Shown here: positions 45,364 to 54,304 of the stretch, piece after piece | Position numbering within the stretch: position 1 is the stretch's first letter | How the letters are laid out: each line of letters opens with the position of its first letter | NCBI GenBank assembly: GCA_963666515.2 | Contig: OY762897.2 | Coordinates: 4,416,001-4,480,000 of the forward strand | Reading direction: 5' to 3' | Source of the DNA: Candidatus Binatia bacterium | GTDB taxonomy: Bacteria; Desulfobacterota; Binatia; UBA9968; JAJDTQ01 | Length of the DNA: 64,000 bases | Notes under the pieces: generated by a model | Told to the model about the DNA's origin: nothing | The model's input: the letters and a program-made list of their open reading frames with translations, nothing else | Databases searched by the model: none | Position numbers and translations under genes: made by a program

Positions 45364-46752
45364 CTACCGGCTCTTCCGCGCCCGGTAGTCCGCCACCCAG
45401 TCCTGGTAGTGCTGTTGCGGCGCGCGGCTCACGGCCAGGGCGCCGGCGGGAACGTCCTTGGTGATGGTGGAGCCGGCGCCGATGTAGACGTCGTCGCCGA
45501 CCACCACGGGCGCCACGAGCTGGGTGTCGCTGCCGATCTGGACCCGGTCGCCGATGGTGGTCCGGCTCTTGTTGAAGCCGTCGTAGTTGCACGTGATGGT
45601 GCCGGCGCCGATGTTGGATTCCCGGCCGAGCTGGGCATCGCCGATGTAGCTCAGGTGGCTGGCCTTGGTGCCCTCTCCCACGGACGAGTTCTTCACTTCC
45701 ACGAAGTTGCCGATGTGGACGTTGCGCTTGAGCACGGTCCCCGGCCGCAGGTGTGCGAAGGGGCCGACGCTCACTCCCTGCTCGATGTCGCAGTCGTCCA
45801 GCACCACCGAGAAACGCAGGTGGACCTCGTCGGCCAGGCGCACGCCGGTGAGGTAGGCGCTGCCGTCGATGCGGCAGCGGGCCCCCACCACGGTACGGCC
45901 CAGCAGGTGGCTGTTGGGGCCGATGACCGTATCCTCGCCGATGACGGCCTCGGCGTCGATGTAGGTGCTGTCGGGATCCTTGAGGGTCACGCCCCGCTCC
46001 ATCCATTGGCGGTTGATGTCCTGCTGCAATGCCTTTTCCATCCAGGCGAGCTCCTCTCTGTTGTTCACGCCCCGGCATTCGCGCGGGTCGTCAAGGGTGA
46101 CGCTGCCGATGCGGGCCTCCCTTTCGGCGGCGAAGCGGGCGATGTCCGGGAGATAGTACTCTCCCTGATCGTTGTGGTTGTCCAGGGCCGCCAGGGCCGC
46201 GCGAAGGAAGTCCGACGATGCCAGGTAGAGGCCGACGTTGATCTCCCGCACCGCCCTTTCCGCCTCGGTGGCGTCGCGTTCCTCCACCACGCCGGTGACT
46301 TGGCCGTCCGGGCCGCGCACGATCCGGCCGTACCCGGTGGGATCGGCGAGGGTGGCCATCGCCAGGGTGAGGTCGCAGCCCCCCGACCGGTGGGCCGCCA
46401 GCATCCCGCGCAGGCTCCGGCGCGAGAGCAGCGGCACGTCACCGTTGAGGACGAGCACGTCGCCGACGAAATCGCCGAGGGCGCCGGCGGCGCACCGGGC
46501 CGCGTGGCCGGTGCCCAACTGCTCGCGCTGCAGCACCCAGCCGCCGGGGTCCAGTCCCGGCAGAGCCTCCCGGATGCGCTCCGCGCCGTGGCCCACCACC
46601 ACCAGGAGCCGGTCGGGCTCGAGCGCCGCGCAGGTTTCCAGCACGTGCGACAACAGCGGCTTGCCGCCCAGAAGATGCAGCACCTTCGGGGTGGCGGACC
46701 GCATCCGCTTGCCCTGGCCCGCGGCCAGGATGATGACGCCGAGCCCCCCCAT
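45364..46752 (-). CDS. glmU: Bifunctional UDP-GlcNAc pyrophosphorylase/acetyltransferase
   Basis: ILAAGQGKRM..PKVLH, QLGTGHA, GEYYLPD, GNFVEVK and GAGTITCNYDG. Confidence 0.97.
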   Translation of the reverse strand: MGGLGVIILAAGQGKRMRSATPKVLHLLGGKPLLSHVLETCAALEPDRLLVVVGHGAERIREALPGLDPGGWVLQREQLGTGHAARCAAGALGDFVGDVLVLNGDVPLLSRRSLRGMLAAHRSGGCDLTLAMATLADPTGYGRIVRGPDGQVTGVVEERDATEAERAVREINVGLYLASSDFLRAALAALDNHNDQGEYYLPDIARFAAEREARIGSVTLDDPRECRGVNNREELAWMEKALQQDINRQWMERGVTLKDPDSTYIDAEAVIGEDTVIGPNSHLLGRTVVGARCRIDGSAYLTGVRLADEVHLRFSVVLDDCDIEQGVSVGPFAHLRPGTVLKRNVHIGNFVEVKNSSVGEGTKASHLSYIGDAQLGRESNIGAGTITCNYDGFNKSRTTIGDRVQIGSDTQLVAPVVVGDDVYIGAGSTITKDVPAGALAVSRAPQQHYQDWVADYRARKSR

Positions 46753-46908
46753 ACGCAGGAGCAACTATAACCCAAGGCCGGTTCTCTGGCCAGAGACGCG
46801 CCGTGCAAGACGTGGCCTCCCGGCCCGCTCCGATCCGCCCCGTTCATTGACAAGCACGTGAATTTCCAATAACTCTTACCGTACTTCGCTAAAGGTGGTC
46901 GAGTTCGT

Positions 46909-47094
46909 ATGGAAGAACAGTCCGGCTGGTATTATTTCATGGAGATCGTGACCAAACCCGACAACATTCCCATCGTCGGGATGCTGATCCTCGTCCTGTT
47001 CTTTTCCTGGGTCGGCCTGCGGCAAGCTCTCAGGAACGACAGGCTGATCGATGAGGGCCGAGAGGACGAAATCCCTGAAAAGATGTGGAAGTAG
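46909..47094 (+). CDS. Small membrane protein (61 aa)
   Basis: Single hydrophobic helix IVTKPDNIPIVGMLILVLFFSWVGLRQALRND; first ORF after a TTGACA at 46847. Confidence 0.7.
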   Translation: MEEQSGWYYFMEIVTKPDNIPIVGMLILVLFFSWVGLRQALRNDRLIDEGREDEIPEKMWK

Positions 47095-47917
47095 CGGTCG
47101 GGGCCTGCGGTCCCTGGCGGTCCTGCTCACGGTTGCGGTCCTGGTCGTTTGCGGGGAGGCGCGTTCCGCGCTGGAGGAGGAAGAGTTGTGGCGGACGGGC
47201 CGAAAGGATGTGGCCGCGAGCAAGTTTGCGGATGCCGGGGAGAAGTTCGGGAAGCTGCTGCAACGATACCCGGATGAGTTGGACCTCCTGCAGATGGCGG
47301 GCCTGACGGCTCTCAGGCGGGGCCAAGTGGAGGCCGCCTGGACCCATGTGAACAAGGCCGTGGCCTTGGCTCCGGACAACACCGAGGCGCTGACGCTGCT
47401 GGGCTGGCTCCACCTGGAGGAGGCCGGCGACGTCGAGGCGGCCCTTGCGACCTACCGCAAGGTGGTTGCGCTCAAGCCCGATTCCTACAAGGCGCACAAC
47501 AACCTGGGCGTGGCGCTCAAGCGCAAGGGCGATCTGGAGCCGGCCGTGCGGAGCTTCTCTCGCGCCCTGGAATTGAAACCGGACTTCGCCCAGGCCGCCG
47601 GCAACCGCGGCTGGGCGTACGTGGAGCAGGGAAACTGGCGGGCGGCACAAGCCGACTTCGAAAAGACCCTGGCTCTGCAACCCGAGGACGAGGGCGCCCT
47701 CTACGGCCTGGCGCGGGTGCGCAAGGAGTTGCGCGACTATTCCGGCGCCCAGGAGGCGCTGGCCGGACTCAGCCGCCAGTCCGGGAACTTCGTCTACTGG
47801 CTCGAATGGGCTACGGTCGGCCTGATACGTTACTACTGGGTGTTCCTGTTGCTGGTTTTGGGTATGTTCTTCTACTTCCGGTACAAGGCAAGGAAAAGGG
47901 TGAAGGTCGATGGCTGA
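47051..47917 (+). CDS. TPR-repeat protein with N-terminal signal/anchor and C-terminal TM helix
   Basis: AHNNLGVAL, AAGNRGWAY and ALYGLARV TPR motifs; start codon uncertain. Confidence 0.82.
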   Translation: MRAERTKSLKRCGSSGRGLRSLAVLLTVAVLVVCGEARSALEEEELWRTGRKDVAASKFADAGEKFGKLLQRYPDELDLLQMAGLTALRRGQVEAAWTHVNKAVALAPDNTEALTLLGWLHLEEAGDVEAALATYRKVVALKPDSYKAHNNLGVALKRKGDLEPAVRSFSRALELKPDFAQAAGNRGWAYVEQGNWRAAQADFEKTLALQPEDEGALYGLARVRKELRDYSGAQEALAGLSRQSGNFVYWLEWATVGLIRYYWVFLLLVLGMFFYFRYKARKRVKVDG

Positions 47918-48452
47918 AGCTGCAAAACGCAAGGGCACGGCCCTCCTGGCCGTGATGAACGAGAACTGCACCAGTTGCGCCGGGTCGCCGCTGTGCGAGG
48001 TCCACTGCCCGGTGGACGACTGCATCAACCTCCTCTACGAGGAGATGCCCGGAGGCGGCCTCAAGCCCTACCGGGTGTGGGTGGACAACGAAAAGTGCAT
48101 CGGCTGCCAGATGTGCTACAGCGACGACCTCACCAAGATCCACGAGCACAAGACCACCGGCGTGGTCTACTTCGAGTACGGCAACCGCATGTACGACGCC
48201 AACAAGAAGCTCCTGGAGAAGGAGCAGGAGCCCAAAAAGAGCGAGCTCCAACTCATCGGCACCGACTCCGAGGACCGCCTCGACAAGAAGATCTGCCCCT
48301 GGGACGCCATCAGCATGGTGGAATACGAGGACGCCCTCGAACTCTCCAAGCTCTACTACGACCCCGCCCTCATCTCGACCGAAGACGGCGTCTACTCCAT
48401 CGACGACAAGGGCAAGGAAGAGCTGGAGGATAGGCAGATGGAGGGGTTCTAG
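47910..48452 (+). CDS. Atypical 2[4Fe-4S] ferredoxin-like protein
   Basis: CTSCAGSPLCEVHCP and CIGCQMC...CPWDAI motifs; acidic C-terminus. Confidence 0.82.
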   Translation: MAEAAKRKGTALLAVMNENCTSCAGSPLCEVHCPVDDCINLLYEEMPGGGLKPYRVWVDNEKCIGCQMCYSDDLTKIHEHKTTGVVYFEYGNRMYDANKKLLEKEQEPKKSELQLIGTDSEDRLDKKICPWDAISMVEYEDALELSKLYYDPALISTEDGVYSIDDKGKEELEDRQMEGF

Positions 48453-48679
48453 ACCTCTTTCATCCCTTGCACGTCCGCTGCTGCCAGGCGCCCACCTGAT
48501 TCGGGTGGACCTTGTGCCGCGTGGCGATTTCCTGGATCGTCTTTTCCCCGCGCAAAGCTTCCAGGGCCACCTTCGCCTTGAAGTCCCCGCTGAATCGTCG
48601 CCGTGTGCTCATCGCGTATCCCTCCTTCTGTCGGTGGAATACAGCTTAGCAACCTGTCCGATTTTAGGGGACCACCTCA
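48453..48679 (-). mobile_element. Truncated IS3-family element (left IR plus degenerate orfA)
   Basis: IRL TGAGGTGGTCCCCTAAAATCGGACAGG from 48679; AAGGAGG RBS then ATG at 48612 giving MSTRRRFSGDFKAKVALEALRGEKTIQEIATRHKVHPNQV; frameshifted and cut off. Confidence 0.82.
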
Positions 48680-49313
48680 CTCGCCGATGGCCACGGGTGT
48701 GGACCGGGTGTGGCTCAGGGTGGTGCGCCCGGCGCCGGTAGGACACGGAGTGGCGCAGGTTGTAGAGATGTCCGTTGGATATCCCCGCCAGGCGCTCGAA
48801 GCGCCCGTCCCCGAACACCTCGTACTGCCGCCGCATCAGCGCCCGCGTCGCTGGCCCTGACATCTGCCCCAACGCCGCGTCCACCTCCGCCAGCAACTCG
48901 ATGTCCTCTCTCCGATAACGACGCTCGAACGGTACTGCCGGCGCCTTCCCCCGCCCATCCTCCACCCGCCCCGTCTCCCGATGCTGCCGTATCCGCCGCG
49001 TCACCTGCGCCCGCGACATCCCCGTCACCTTCCCCATATAGGCCCGCAACACTCCCTTCTCCGCCTTCCCCAGCCCGTGATATCCAAACTGCACCAACGT
49101 CCGCCGTATGAACCCGTGCGCCGACTCCCGGTCCGTTAACTCGAAGTTCACCTCCCCGCTCCCCTCCACGAATCCTCGAACCTGTTCCAACGTCTCCAGC
49201 CGTTCCGTCTCCATCGCCACGATCATCCTCCCTTTCTCCCACATCCCCCGTCTTCAGGCTCACCTCTCCTTGGATTCCACCTCCTCCTTCAGGCTCATGT
49301 CTCGTTGGAAAAC
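48680..49313 (-). mobile_element. ISNCY-like (integrase-core type) transposase N-terminal remnant
   Basis: MIVAMETERLETLEQVRGF...KVTGMSRAQVTR...LSGPAT-like segment...FERLAGISNGHLYNLR; frameshifted near 48730 and cut by the IS3. Direct repeat CTTCAGGCTCA occurs twice upstream. Confidence 0.72.
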
Positions 49314-49592
49314 TCTCCGAGTTGACTTCCAGGGCGTATCCGTCCTACTCTCACCCCCGCAACGACTACGCGGAGCCCGTGTGTCGGGTCATCCGTGAAA
49401 TACAAGAACCCTCGCACGGGCACGGGGTAGCTCCCCGTTCCCTGGTGAATACGCGGAACAACTCCAACACTCCGTTGTAGTCGTTGCACTGGCCCGGCAA
49501 TCCCGCCGCGCCACGGCTCAGCAACGGCGCTCGCCCATCGGGATCGATTCAACGGAACACCCACCGGGTTTCCCGCCGAAGGAGATGTTGCC

Positions 49593-50171
49593 ATGTGTGC
49601 CTTTCTTGCCACCCTAGCGGGGTCTTTTCTACTTTTCATCGTTACCGGCACTGCCATTGCCGCTTGCTCTGACCGAGTGGACGTTTCCAAGGTTACGGGT
49701 ATCGACGCGGCGAAGCTTGTCGAGGTCATTTGCAGTGCATCCGTCATGCGCGCGGTCCTGGAATCGGCCGAAGTACGGAACAGCATGATCGGCCCGAACG
49801 GCGAGGACCTCTTCGCCAAGCGGCTGGCCGAAGTCAAAGCGGGCAAGGGCGGGTCGGATGAAGAGACGGTCTGGGCGCCTTCGGCAAAGTCGGTCAGAAT
49901 CGACTTCCGCGCCCGTGGAATCTGGGCCTCCTCCAACGAGAAGCTTCGAGAGAAGATCGAGCAGTACATGGCGGAGACATATATCGCCCTTTTCAGCCAA
50001 CCAGTGGCCTTGTGGTCCGTGAAGATCGCGGCGCTCTATCCGCTGGAGGACGGGAAGGAAGGCATCGTCTATGGGACACATGTCTTGAATCGGGAAGGTC
50101 GATTTGGCCCCGGCTCGCTGCCCAAGTCCTGGAAGGTCTGGCACATGAACCGTTCCTTGCGCGGACGCTAG
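49593..50171 (+). CDS. Hypothetical exported protein
   Basis: AAGGAG RBS; hydrophobic N-terminal signal; no family recognised. Confidence 0.6.
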   Translation: MCAFLATLAGSFLLFIVTGTAIAACSDRVDVSKVTGIDAAKLVEVICSASVMRAVLESAEVRNSMIGPNGEDLFAKRLAEVKAGKGGSDEETVWAPSAKSVRIDFRARGIWASSNEKLREKIEQYMAETYIALFSQPVALWSVKIAALYPLEDGKEGIVYGTHVLNREGRFGPGSLPKSWKVWHMNRSLRGR

Positions 50172-50196
50172 GGTTACGCGTGGACGGACGGAAGCA

Positions 50197-50601
50197 GTGA
50201 TCATTCTCATCCTGCTGTTCCTATCGGGGATGGCTCACGGCGTGGGGATCGAGGTTCCGGCCCGCGTCGTGAGCGTGTACGACGGCGACACGGTGAGGGT
50301 GGAGGCGACCATGTGGCCGGGTCTCACCTGGAATGGCAGCGTTCGCGTCCGCGGCGTCGATACTACGGAACTCCGGGGCAAATGCGCGGTGGAGAAGGTC
50401 CGGGCTCAAGCGGCCCGTGACTTTGTGCGCGCCCGGATCGGCAAGCGGGTGATGCTGGTCGATGTCAGGAAGGGAAAGTACGCCGGCCGCGTGGTCGCGG
50501 GAATCAGGCTGGCGGATGGATCAGACCTGACCGACTTGCTGATCCAGGAAGGCCACGGCCGCCCCTACAACGGGGGGCGGCGACGGGGGTGGTGCTTGTG
50601 A
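50197..50601 (+). CDS. Thermonuclease (SNase) family protein
   Basis: VVSVYDGDTV, VRVRGVDTTEL, GKYAGRVVA and LIQEGHGRPY; short signal peptide. Confidence 0.88.
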   Translation: MIILILLFLSGMAHGVGIEVPARVVSVYDGDTVRVEATMWPGLTWNGSVRVRGVDTTELRGKCAVEKVRAQAARDFVRARIGKRVMLVDVRKGKYAGRVVAGIRLADGSDLTDLLIQEGHGRPYNGGRRRGWCL

Positions 50602-50719
50602 CCTTGAGCTGACTTCTGGTAGGGTTCCCCGATGTCTACAATTCCACTTGATCCGTAGCGTCCTGGCTGCCTCCTATGTCGGTTTATCAGCGGTTGAGGG
50701 TACCACGTTTGCGATAGAA

Positions 50720-51562
50720 CTACTTCCAATCGGTGACGATCTTGTCTCGGAAAATCGCAGTTCTTGAACCGCGAGAAAGATATTCGATTACTCCAACGAG
50801 TTCTTTGGAGGCGTCGATGTTCAGAGTTGTTTCTATAGGCGGGGAACGATAATATTCCACTTCATAAGAAACAATTTTCAATTTCAACCCGTCGCCTCTC
50901 AGGTATGCATTCTCAAATGATTCCGAGTGTGTAAACTGGCCGTAGCTACTTTCTAGCGTGTCGAGCCGATGAGCTAGCTCGTATAGAGAATAGCTTTCTT
51001 TCTTCGCCAAGTCGTCAACAAAGGTTTCGGTGTTGAGACCAAAGCGGCTGTCGATATTGTCTTGTTTCAGACCCGAGTTCTCTTTCAGCCAATTGGCGTC
51101 AACGAATGGGCGGAAACGCGTTATACGGGTGGGTACTTCCATGTGAAGGTGGAGATTAATCTCCCGGATCCTGTCTTCCCAATCATCAAGGCGTTGCTCA
51201 CGAACAATCAATAGCTCAATGCCGTTGCTTTCAGCCTTGTTCTTTGCGCCTTTCTGGTAGCCGGTTTTGGTGGCGAACACAGGTTTTAGGTCAGGGATGT
51301 CATGGATATTCCCTATCAAGGCGTCAATTTTCTCCAGTGATATGGGGGTAGCGTAGTCCTTACACTCAATTACCGTTTTGTACGTGACCCCAGCGAGCTC
51401 ATATTCCCAGTACAAATCGAACTCTCGGGTATTCCCGGAACGGTCGATGATTTTCTTCCTGCGCTCTACGACTATGTTCTTTTGTTGCGTGAGCGGTTCT
51501 GAGTCCAGAAGTGCCTGTTGGAGCCGTTGAACGAAAATCTCATATTCTGTTCCGTCAGACAT
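50720..51562 (-). CDS. Mrr-like PD-(D/E)xK restriction endonuclease family protein
   Basis: EYEIFVQ, REFDLYWE, VIECKDY and TGYQKGA; visibly lower GC than flanks. Confidence 0.8.
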   Translation of the reverse strand: MSDGTEYEIFVQRLQQALLDSEPLTQQKNIVVERRKKIIDRSGNTREFDLYWEYELAGVTYKTVIECKDYATPISLEKIDALIGNIHDIPDLKPVFATKTGYQKGAKNKAESNGIELLIVREQRLDDWEDRIREINLHLHMEVPTRITRFRPFVDANWLKENSGLKQDNIDSRFGLNTETFVDDLAKKESYSLYELAHRLDTLESSYGQFTHSESFENAYLRGDGLKLKIVSYEVEYYRSPPIETTLNIDASKELVGVIEYLSRGSRTAIFRDKIVTDWK

Positions 51563-51690
51563 ATTGGGCTCCTGCTACAAGGTGATGTCGAGGCACAAAA
51601 CTGGAAGCATGATTTAGCGAACCGCGTGCGACTCCAAGTCACTGCTCGGTAAAGCCGAGTCATCCGGGCGTGTGTCCCGTCAGGCTTCGG

Positions 51691-51981
51691 TTACGAAGCT
51701 AGCGCTCTGGCGAGAGCCAGAGGATTCTTCGCCGCAACCCGCAGCAAGGCGCGGGCTGGTCCATCGGGTCGTCGGCGACCTTGTTCCCAGTTCTGAAGAG
51801 TTGCCACGCTGACGCCGATCATCAAGGCAAACTCCTGCTGGGACTTCTTTAACTGGGCTCGAATCGCACGCAAGTTTTCGGGATGGAAGTCGGTAACGCG
51901 GCCAGGGTTGAGTTGCCCTCGACGGATTTTCCCGGCCTGCTTGACGCTTTCCGTCAACCGGTCAAAGTTCTTTTGTCTCAC
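51691..51981 (-). CDS. higA: HigA-type Xre-HTH antitoxin
   Basis: SQQEFALMIGVSVATLQNWEQGRRRPDGPARALL; start overlaps the toxin stop. Confidence 0.88.
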   Translation of the reverse strand: MRQKNFDRLTESVKQAGKIRRGQLNPGRVTDFHPENLRAIRAQLKKSQQEFALMIGVSVATLQNWEQGRRRPDGPARALLRVAAKNPLALARALAS

Positions 51982-52296
51982 TTGAATTCCTCCCGAACCA
52001 GTCGTTGGAGCGTTGCAGCTTGCTTAGGTGTGAGGTCTTCCTGGTCATTCTTGCGATACACGGTTAGCATGTAGAGTGTCTCGGAAGCGACTTCCCAATA
52101 GTAGATTACCCGCAGACCGCCACGCTTTCCCCCGCCCGCCCTACGCCAGCGCACTTTGCGCAAGCCTCCGGAACCCCGAATCAGGGCTCCCTGGGTGGGC
52201 CGAAGCAGTAAGGCCAATTGCAGTTGCCTGTATTCGTCCAACGACAGTTCATTTTCGATGTTCCTCGGTGAAGACGGGTGTCTCGACAAAACGCAC
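51978..52296 (-). pseudogene. higB: HigB/RelE-family toxin with a +1 frameshift
   Basis: GTG at 52296 gives VRFVETPVFT; an extra base near 52266 precedes RNIENELSLDEY...GSGGLRKVRW..GKRGGLRVIYY; span 319 nt (3n+1). Confidence 0.82.
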
Positions 52297-52306
52297 CTTA
52301 TCAAGA

Positions 52307-52321
52307 TACGCCAATGGCGTA
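52307..52321. promoter_or_regulatory. Palindromic operator upstream of higBA
   Basis: Perfect TACGCCA-A-TGGCGTA, 10 nt upstream of the toxin start. Confidence 0.65.
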
Positions 52322-52466
52322 GCGAAGGCAAATCCTGGTATGTGTTATCGTGTGGGAATCTACAAGCGTGGCGGAGAGGATCCTCCCAACGAGGCCCGGC
52401 ACAATGGCTGTGTTTCGGATGCCTCGCGGATTGTCGGAAACCCGTCAAAGGCTTAGGAATTCCCGC

Positions 52467-53357
52467 TCAGATCACCTTGTTCAGTGGATACTCCACGATT
52501 CCCACGGCGCCGTTGCGCGTCAGCTCGGGGATAAGCTCGCGCACCACGTCCTCGGCGATGATGCTTTCCACCGAGAACCACTTTTTTCCTTTCAGTGCCG
52601 GGGTGTCGTAGAGGGTCGCGACGGTCGGCGCGGTGACGCTGGGGATCAGTCCGATGATCTTCTCCAGGTCATCTTCCATCACGTTCATCTTGATGCCGAC
52701 CTTGTGCTCGGCGGCCAGGGCGCCCTGGAGCAGCATGCTGATCTGCTCGATCTTGGCGCGTTTCCAGGGGTCCTGCCAGGCGGTCTTGTTGGCGATGAGC
52801 TGGGGCGCGGACTCCAGCAGGTCGGTGACGATGCGGAGACCGTGGGCGCGGATGGTGCCGCCGGTTTCGGTCACCTCGACGATGGCGTCGGCCAATCCCT
52901 CGGCGGCCTTGGCCTCGGTGGCGCCCCAGGAGAACTCCACGTCCACGGGCGTGTCGTGCGCCTCGAACAGCCGCCGGGTGAAGTTGACCATCTCGGTGGC
53001 GACCTTCTTGCCCTTTAGGTCCTCGATCTTCTGCACCGGCGAGTCGTGGGGCACGGCCAGCACCCAGCGGGTGGGGCGGAAGCTCGTCTTGGCGTAGACC
53101 AGCTCGGTGATGTACTCGACCTGGGAGTCGTTTTCCTGGATCCAGTCCCTGCCGGTGATGCCGGCGTCCAGGGTGCCGTCCTCCACGTAGCGGGACATCT
53201 CCTGCGCGCGCACGACGCTGCAGTTCAGGGTCTTGTCGTCGATGGAGGGGAAGTAGCTCCGGTCCATGCCGGTGATCTTCCAGCCCGACTTGCGGAACAG
53301 CTCGATGGTGGACTTCTCCAGGCTTCCCTTGGGAAGCCCCAGCTTGAGTTGACTCAC
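52467..53357 (-). CDS. hisG: ATP phosphoribosyltransferase, long form
   Basis: [30 protein letters not shown] and ETGGT; C-terminal regulatory domain. Confidence 0.95.
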   Translation of the reverse strand: MSQLKLGLPKGSLEKSTIELFRKSGWKITGMDRSYFPSIDDKTLNCSVVRAQEMSRYVEDGTLDAGITGRDWIQENDSQVEYITELVYAKTSFRPTRWVLAVPHDSPVQKIEDLKGKKVATEMVNFTRRLFEAHDTPVDVEFSWGATEAKAAEGLADAIVEVTETGGTIRAHGLRIVTDLLESAPQLIANKTAWQDPWKRAKIEQISMLLQGALAAEHKVGIKMNVMEDDLEKIIGLIPSVTAPTVATLYDTPALKGKKWFSVESIIAEDVVRELIPELTRNGAVGIVEYPLNKVI

Positions 53358-53731
53358 TTGTTGTAGACCTCCTCGGGGTCGAACACCTTCTCGGCGCAGA
53401 TCTCCCAGTCGGCGCCGGCGTCGTGGCGGAAGAAGCAGGTGCGGTAGCCCAGGTGGCAGGCGCCGCCGCCCTGCTGGTCGATCTTGAGGATCAGCGTGTC
53501 GTTGTCGCAGTCCACCAGGATGTCGTGGACCACCTGGAAGTGGCCCGACTCCTCGCCCTTGAGCCACAGCTTGTCGCGGGAGCGGCTGTAATAATGGGCC
53601 TTTCCGGTCTCGCGGGTAAGGTTGAAAGCCTGCTCGTTCATGTAGGCGAGCATGAGCACGTCCAGGGTCTCGTGGTCCTGCACCACCACCGGGACGATCC
53701 CTCCGCCCTTGGCAAAATCGATGCTCTCCAT
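53354..53731 (-). CDS. hisI: Phosphoribosyl-AMP cyclohydrolase
   Basis: [28 protein letters not shown] and [10 protein letters not shown]. Confidence 0.95.
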   Translation of the reverse strand: MESIDFAKGGGIVPVVVQDHETLDVLMLAYMNEQAFNLTRETGKAHYYSRSRDKLWLKGEESGHFQVVHDILVDCDNDTLILKIDQQGGGACHLGYRTCFFRHDAGADWEICAEKVFDPEEVYNK

Positions 53732-53910
53732 TCGGGTCTGTACCCCTTTCTCAAGTCTGTGTTCGGGAATGCGCTGGTCACCAGGAGCCCCGCATGGCGG
53801 GAGTGGTCCGGCTGGTCCGCACTATGCAAGAAAGGAAATAAAACATACAAAGGTTGGGCGCGCAAATGGACGCTTGGCGGCCCTGTTTTCAGGGAATCGG
53901 GAGCGGGGAC

Positions 53911-54231
53911 ATGAGTGAATTCCTGGTCGTCTACATCACGGCGTCGGGGGAGAACGCCACGGATCTGGCGAGCGCGCTGGTGCGCGAAAAGCTGGCTGCC
54001 TGCGTCAACCGCATCCCCGGGGTGGAGTCCACCTACACCTGGGACGGCCGGGTGGAGCGCGACACCGAGGACCTCCTCATCGTCAAGACCCGCGCCGGCC
54101 TCTTCGACCGTCTGAAGGAGAGGGTCCAGGCCCTCCACGCCTACGATGTCCCGGAGATCATTGCCGTCCCCATCGTCGAGGGGAACGAGGGCTACCTGGA
54201 GTGGATGACCGCCTGCCTGTTGAAGGAGTAG
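53911..54231 (+). CDS. cutA: Divalent-cation tolerance protein CutA
   Basis: LVREKLAACVN, STYTWDG and HAYDVPEIIA. Confidence 0.93.
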   Translation: MSEFLVVYITASGENATDLASALVREKLAACVNRIPGVESTYTWDGRVERDTEDLLIVKTRAGLFDRLKERVQALHAYDVPEIIAVPIVEGNEGYLEWMTACLLKE

Positions 54232-54304
54232 GGTCTGTGGAGATTGGTGAAAGCGGCGGCCGGACGTATTCCGAAAATGCCAGACAGTTCGGTTGTTGGG
54301 ATTG

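Noticed and set aside
50602-51690. Integron cassette array interpretation of the nuclease/TA islet
   Set aside because: No convincing attC (RYYYAAC...GTTRRRY with internal dyad) in the spacers and no integron integrase.
52369-52379. TGGCGGAGAGG resembling the reverse complement of a tRNA-Ser 3' end (possible att scar at the islet edge)
   Set aside because: Only 11 bp, with no partner repeat or integrase in the window; could be chance.
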